The position numbers and the translations under genes are program-made. Under the pieces are notes generated by a model. The model saw nothing but the letters and a program-made list of their open reading frames with translations. It was not told where the DNA came from and did no database searches. Positions 59,150 through 64,000 of a stretch of 64,000 bases of DNA are shown piece after piece. The stretch covers positions 3,020 to 67,019 of the forward strand of contig JBKBSF010000026.1 of assembly GCA_046291875.1 (NCBI GenBank). Reading direction: 5' to 3'. Origin of the DNA: Bacteroidales bacterium. Lineage in GTDB: Bacteria > Bacteroidota > Bacteroidia > Bacteroidales > UBA7960. Numbering within the stretch: the first letter of the stretch is position 1; the number at the start of each line of letters is the position of its first letter.

Positions 59150-60127
59150 ATGACACATCCGCAACAACCCAAAACACCCCTGCATATTGCCTGTGCCGTT
59201 GACGACTCTTTCAGCTATCCACTGGCGGTTATGCTGGTTTCACTTTTCCAGAATCACCCCGAAGAGTTGCTTCGGATTCACCTTTTCAGTGCATCGCTTT
59301 CTGATGATAATGTGGCACGATTGCAGAAGTTAGCCCAGAGATACAAGCAGGAATTGGTTTTTTACCCTTTGCAGCCCCACCTTTTTGAAGGTTTGCCTAC
59401 CAATGACCGCATCTCCAAAGCTGCATATTACAGATTACTAATTCCAAATAATATTTGTAAAACAGTTGAAAAGTTTTTGTATTTGGATGCAGACATCATA
59501 GTTACAAAAAGAATTTCTGATCTGTTAAATCAATCAATGGAGAACTACATAATTGGTGCAGTAAACGATATAACGGCAATTGAAATGAAAATGCATTTAA
59601 AGCATTCGATTCCTTCGGATTTTTTGTATTTTAACTCTGGAGTGCTTTTAATAAATCGAATTGAATGGGAAAAAGAGAATATAAGTCATAAGATAATTAA
59701 TTACATTGCTTCAAACAAAGAACTATGCCAGTTTCACGACCAGGATGGCCTCAATGCCACACTTTATAACAAAAGGCTTGAACTGCCCCCGGTCTGGAAC
59801 CAGCAAATTGGGCTGTATTATACCGACATTGATGTATTGAACCGGGTTTATAATGGGCAGCACCTGGAAGCACTAAAGCACCCTGCCATCGTACATTTCA
59901 ACGGAAGTGAAAAACCCTGGCACCAGGTATCTGCCCACCCCTGGAAGAAAGAGTTTCGCAAATATGCCTCGCAGGCGCTGGAATTTTCATGGAGAGAGCC
60001 CTGGAACTGGAGAAAACAGGCAAAAAGAACCCTTATTTACGGTTTGGTGGGTTGGATACGCGTAAACCGCTATTACTACCAGAAACAGCAAAAAATCAAT
60101 CAAAAATCTAATCATCTGAAATCCTGA
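59150..60127 (+). CDS. Glycosyltransferase family 8
   Basis: AYYRLLIP, YLDADI, YFNSGVLLIN, DQDGLN, HFNGSEKPW. Confidence 0.92.
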   Translation: MTHPQQPKTPLHIACAVDDSFSYPLAVMLVSLFQNHPEELLRIHLFSASLSDDNVARLQKLAQRYKQELVFYPLQPHLFEGLPTNDRISKAAYYRLLIPNNICKTVEKFLYLDADIIVTKRISDLLNQSMENYIIGAVNDITAIEMKMHLKHSIPSDFLYFNSGVLLINRIEWEKENISHKIINYIASNKELCQFHDQDGLNATLYNKRLELPPVWNQQIGLYYTDIDVLNRVYNGQHLEALKHPAIVHFNGSEKPWHQVSAHPWKKEFRKYASQALEFSWREPWNWRKQAKRTLIYGLVGWIRVNRYYYQKQQKINQKSNHLKS

Positions 60128-60132
60128 TACCC

Positions 60133-61296
60133 ATGAGTACTTCCCCTGAAAAAAGAATAAAAATTGCCTATCTCACCCATCGCAATGCACAGGACAAACG
60201 CGAATGGTCGGGCACACTTTACCATATGGCTCAATCGCTGCAAAAACACGCAGGCGACGTTGTATATGCAGGGCCATACAATCCGCGTTTGATGTTCTTT
60301 TTCCTGAAAGCGGTAAATAAACTCTCACTTTTGATCCTGCGAAAGCGCTACAGTGTGCCTTACAACTATTTTCTCACGCTGCTGTATAAGTTCAGATTTA
60401 CCAGAATCATTAAGAAAGAGCAACCCGATATTGTATTTGCCGCAGCTGCTTCGGGCGAAATGAGCCAGCTCAACATCAAACAGCCTATCATCTACCTTGG
60501 CGATATTACATTCAACCTTTTAAAGGATCATTATCCCAACTATCAGAACCTTTCGGCTTTTTCTCTCTGGGAGAGCGAAAAGATTGAGAGCAAGACCTTC
60601 CGTAAGGCGGCAGCGCTGGTTTTTTCGTCGCAGTGGGCTGCCGGTTCAGCAAAAAAGGATTACGGTGTACCCGCCGAAAAAATAAATATAATTTCCTACG
60701 GTGCCAACATGGACCAGATACCCGACACTCAAACAGCCATCCAGAAAAGCCAGAAGGGCCCCTGGCACTTTCTTTTTCTGGGTATGGACTGGGTGCGCAA
60801 AGGGGGTGAGGCAGTGTTTAATACCTTTGAATTGCTCCAAAAACAGGGATATGATGCAAAGCTTACAGTATGCGGCTGTGTTCCTCCAGAGAAATTCCGA
60901 AACCCTGCCATGACCATCATCCCATTTCTGAACAAAAACAATCCGGAAGATGCTCAGCAGCTGTTTCAACTGTTACTGGATGCTCACTTCCTTTTTGTAC
61001 CCTCCAAATCTGATTGTACACCCATTGTATTCTGCGAGGCCAATGCTTTCGGATTACCGGTGATCACCACTGATGTGGGAGGAATTACTTCGGTGGTGGA
61101 AAATGGCATCAACGGACATACGCTCCCCCTTGAGTCTTCTGCTACAGACTATGCCAACACGATCAAACCTTACCTGGAAGACAAAGCCCTGTACCAGCAA
61201 CTATCGGAGAATAGCCGCAGCTATTATGAGCAAAAACTCAACTGGGATCAATGGGGAAAATCCATGAGTGAGCTCATCAACAGACTTGTAAAATAA
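60133..61296 (+). CDS. Glycosyltransferase family 4
   Basis: WSGT, FLGMDWVRKGG, PSKSDCTPIVFCEANAFGLPVITTDVGG. Confidence 0.9.
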   Translation: MSTSPEKRIKIAYLTHRNAQDKREWSGTLYHMAQSLQKHAGDVVYAGPYNPRLMFFFLKAVNKLSLLILRKRYSVPYNYFLTLLYKFRFTRIIKKEQPDIVFAAAASGEMSQLNIKQPIIYLGDITFNLLKDHYPNYQNLSAFSLWESEKIESKTFRKAAALVFSSQWAAGSAKKDYGVPAEKINIISYGANMDQIPDTQTAIQKSQKGPWHFLFLGMDWVRKGGEAVFNTFELLQKQGYDAKLTVCGCVPPEKFRNPAMTIIPFLNKNNPEDAQQLFQLLLDAHFLFVPSKSDCTPIVFCEANAFGLPVITTDVGGITSVVENGINGHTLPLESSATDYANTIKPYLEDKALYQQLSENSRSYYEQKLNWDQWGKSMSELINRLVK

Positions 61297-61338
61297 CGGG
61301 TTTTCGGATTGTTGCAAGAACTTCGCAAAAACACGACC

Positions 61339-62391
61339 ATGCAAAAACTCAACTGCTATTTTTATCCTTACTCGGCAAGGTTACGCCAAAAAGAAGTGAA
61401 TCCATACACACAAATGCTTATGGACGCACTGGAAAGTGACTTTACGATCCTTAACAAGACCAGACCCTCCGACAAAGGTATATTTGATCTGTTGGCTTAT
61501 ATAAAAAAGACGCACTTCATTTTTGTCAACTGGATTGAGGAACTTCCGGATAAGAAACTGGGTTGGATTCAGAGCGTGGTTTGGATGATCCTTGTAAAAC
61601 TCAGGAAAGCTTTGGGTTTCAAGGTAGTTTGGGTAATGCATAACAAACAATCTCACGATCCGGGAAATCGTTGGCTCAAAAGGATTCTGTACAGATTTAT
61701 GGTTCGCAACAGCGATCTTATCTTTACCCATTCAACGGAGGGGGTTCGACATGCTAATCGCATCTGCTCCAGATCCGGGCGACCCAAGGTGTTCTTTCAT
61801 CACCCCGTACTCCGAAGGCACAAAGAAACAGCAGGCAGGCATACAGCTTACGACATGGTGATATGGGGAAAGATGGCACCCTACAAAGGGATAAAAGAAT
61901 TCATGGAGTATCTGAATACACACCCTGAGTTGCAAGGTCGTTACAAAATACTCATTGCAGGAAAATTCACTTCTGATGACTATTTCAATGAGGTAAACCA
62001 ACTGGCCTACCCCAACCTAACGCTAATAAACAGTTTTATTGACGACAACCGACTCTCGGATCTTATTTTGCAAAGCAAGATTGTACTTTTCACCTACAAC
62101 CAGGAGTCTGTATTAAGCTCAGGAGCCCTGATGACCAGCCTGGAGTTTCCCGCCATGATACTGGGGCCGCATTCGGCAGCTTTTGCTGATGCCGCCAACG
62201 AAGGCATCATTGAAACTTATAAGGATTTCGATGAGCTTTTTTCAAAAGCAGACCAGATGCTTTCAGACCCTATGTACCTTGAATCGGTTATGCACAAACA
62301 AAATGCTTTTGCCAGAGAGAACAGCTGGACAGAAACAGGCCGGCTAATCAACCAGCATATCCGGGAACTTTTTTCTCAAAAAAACCAATAA
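61339..62391 (+). CDS. GT-B fold glycosyltransferase (GT4-like)
   Basis: NPYT, WVMHNKQSH, WGKMAPYKGI, SVLSSGAL. Confidence 0.75.
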   Translation: MQKLNCYFYPYSARLRQKEVNPYTQMLMDALESDFTILNKTRPSDKGIFDLLAYIKKTHFIFVNWIEELPDKKLGWIQSVVWMILVKLRKALGFKVVWVMHNKQSHDPGNRWLKRILYRFMVRNSDLIFTHSTEGVRHANRICSRSGRPKVFFHHPVLRRHKETAGRHTAYDMVIWGKMAPYKGIKEFMEYLNTHPELQGRYKILIAGKFTSDDYFNEVNQLAYPNLTLINSFIDDNRLSDLILQSKIVLFTYNQESVLSSGALMTSLEFPAMILGPHSAAFADAANEGIIETYKDFDELFSKADQMLSDPMYLESVMHKQNAFARENSWTETGRLINQHIRELFSQKNQ

Positions 62392-62431
62392 CAAACCTCT
62401 GAATTTAAAACCTCCCAAAGCCCCAATAAGT

Positions 62432-63310
62432 ATGAGCAACGCAACTACAAAATATGTAATCATATCGCCGGTAAGAAATGAAGAAAAGTTCCTCGAAGGA
62501 ACCCTTGAGTCGGTCATTCACCAACGGATCTTACCCGCCGAATACATCCTGGTAAATGACGGTTCAACCGACCGAACACCAGAGATCATTGACAAATACA
62601 CCCAGAAATACCCCTGGATAAAAAGAGTAGACATTAAGGATCGTGGCTATTATTTGCCGGGTGCAGGTGTTGTGAATGCGTTTTATGCAGGCTTGCAGAA
62701 AGTAACTGTTCAAGACTGGGACTATCTTGTAAAGCTTGACTGCGACCTGAGTTTCGAGAGCGACTATTTTGAAAGACTGCTTGCAGAATTCGATCAAAAC
62801 CCCAAACTGGGGCTTGCAAGTGGATGCACCTATATACAGCGGGCGGAAAGTCTGATTCAGGAGAAAGCCCAGGAAGATCATCCCTGGGGTGCGTCAAAAG
62901 TATACAAAAGAGCCTGCTACGATCAAATGGGTGGCATTAAGGCCATACCCGGCTGGGACCTGGCAGATGTTCTTTCGGCCCAGATGCATGGCTGGCAAAC
63001 CCGGTGCTTTTTCGACCTGGTGCTCATTCACCATCGTCCTACAGGAGGGCGCAGAAGCGGACTTACCGGCGGTTTCTTTTTGCATGGCAGAAACCTCTAC
63101 CGGTTTGGATATTCCTTCCTTTACACCTTCCTGAAAGGCATCTATCGCCTGACCGACAGACCGGTATTTTTGGCGGGCGCAGGAATCATTGCAGGATACC
63201 TGTTTGCTTTCCTTAAGCGCGAAGAGTTTATCTTTGAAAAGGACATGAGAAGGTTTTTGCGCAAAAAACATCGTCGGGATCTTTTGAAAAAAATGACTTT
63301 TAATATGTAA
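62432..63310 (+). CDS. Glycosyltransferase family 2
   Basis: IISPVRNEE, VNDGSTDRT, KLDCD, GWD. Confidence 0.9.
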   Translation: MSNATTKYVIISPVRNEEKFLEGTLESVIHQRILPAEYILVNDGSTDRTPEIIDKYTQKYPWIKRVDIKDRGYYLPGAGVVNAFYAGLQKVTVQDWDYLVKLDCDLSFESDYFERLLAEFDQNPKLGLASGCTYIQRAESLIQEKAQEDHPWGASKVYKRACYDQMGGIKAIPGWDLADVLSAQMHGWQTRCFFDLVLIHHRPTGGRRSGLTGGFFLHGRNLYRFGYSFLYTFLKGIYRLTDRPVFLAGAGIIAGYLFAFLKREEFIFEKDMRRFLRKKHRRDLLKKMTFNM

Positions 63311-63346
63311 TTTAGAGATAGTGTTTTATAATCTGAAATTATCACT

Positions 63347-64000
63347 GTGAGATTATCCTCCAAAATAATTATAGTAACGATTGTACTCTCCTCAATAGGG
63401 CTTCTGCACTTAAGAGGCTTGGGGATATTTGTTCGTTTAATGGATGTTATTACAGCAGGAGGCATCATTTTCCTGTTTCTTATATACACCTTATACAGCA
63501 GCTACAAACACAATGAAAAACAACACTTTACCATTCCAATACTTTTCATAATCGCAGGAGTATTAATAAGTGTTTTACCTGCAAAATACATTCATGGTCA
63601 ACCAATAACAATTAGTCTTTACCAACAAAGACACATGTATGCGTTTTTGTTTTATTTCATCCTTTTTTATTTACGCCCAGAGAAAGAATGGCTCTTTAAC
63701 CTGTTTTTATATATGTCTTTAACAATCGGTCTTTTGTATGTTATTCAATATGTTCTATATCCGATTATGATAACGGATGCAAAAGTATTTGTACAAAGGG
63801 GAACGATTAGAATGAACCTTCCTGGAGCATACTATATGACACTTGGGTTTTATCTATCTGTTGATCGTTTTTTCTCAAGAAAAAACATAGTGTATGGGAT
63901 TAGTGCAATATTTCTTTTTTCAATTGCCATTTTATCTGGATTTAGAACAACTGTTGCATCCTACATACTAATTTCCAGTGCCCTTTTGCTTTTTAGTAAA
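63347..64000 (+). CDS. Polytopic membrane protein, probable Wzy polymerase; runs off the window end
   Basis: Not in the ORF track. Frame is open from GTG 63347 to 64000 (218 codons) and highly hydrophobic (RGTIRMNLPG, ILSGFRT); AT-rich; follows the GT genes. Confidence 0.65.
   Translation, partial: MRLSSKIIIVTIVLSSIGLLHLRGLGIFVRLMDVITAGGIIFLFLIYTLYSSYKHNEKQHFTIPILFIIAGVLISVLPAKYIHGQPITISLYQQRHMYAFLFYFILFYLRPEKEWLFNLFLYMSLTIGLLYVIQYVLYPIMITDAKVFVQRGTIRMNLPGAYYMTLGFYLSVDRFFSRKNIVYGISAIFLFSIAILSGFRTTVASYILISSALLLFSK

Overview
Chromosomal window from a Bacteroidota bacterium, probably Bacteroidales-like. This rests on T9SS C-terminal sorting domains, TAnnTTTG -7 promoter boxes and the thrS-infC-rpmI-rplT gene order. 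All family calls come from motifs read by eye; no database searches were run. 1-24.5 kb is mostly housekeeping and secreted-enzyme genes: a CotH-kinase T9SS protein, slyD, csp, PepO, an M6 protease next to a lipoprotein resembling its propeptide, the thrS operon, NlpC/P60, a 7TM-HD protein, lepB, nnr, djlA and a double-AAA ATPase. The standout is an ~18-kb tightly packed operon (24865-42959). It encodes GrpE-like, Hsp70, a J-like/Zn-ribbon/TPR/FN3 protein, a Zn-ribbon GTPase, a membrane-spanning STAND-TPR 'receptor', a SAM-HEPN-like-STAND-TPR protein, GAP1-N2, a small TM protein, a TM/Zn GTPase and a tandem SUKH protein. An RCK/RyR channel-like gene and a stand-alone RyR gene follow it. The operon looks like a double-GTPase/GAP1-type conflict or defence system with its own chaperone set and two NLR-like proteins inserted. 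Next is an Rrf2-FeS-hcp nitrosative-stress cluster bracketed by three copies of a ~95-bp structured repeat. The window ends in the start of a surface-polysaccharide locus. No rRNA, tRNA, CRISPR array, integrase or transposase was seen.
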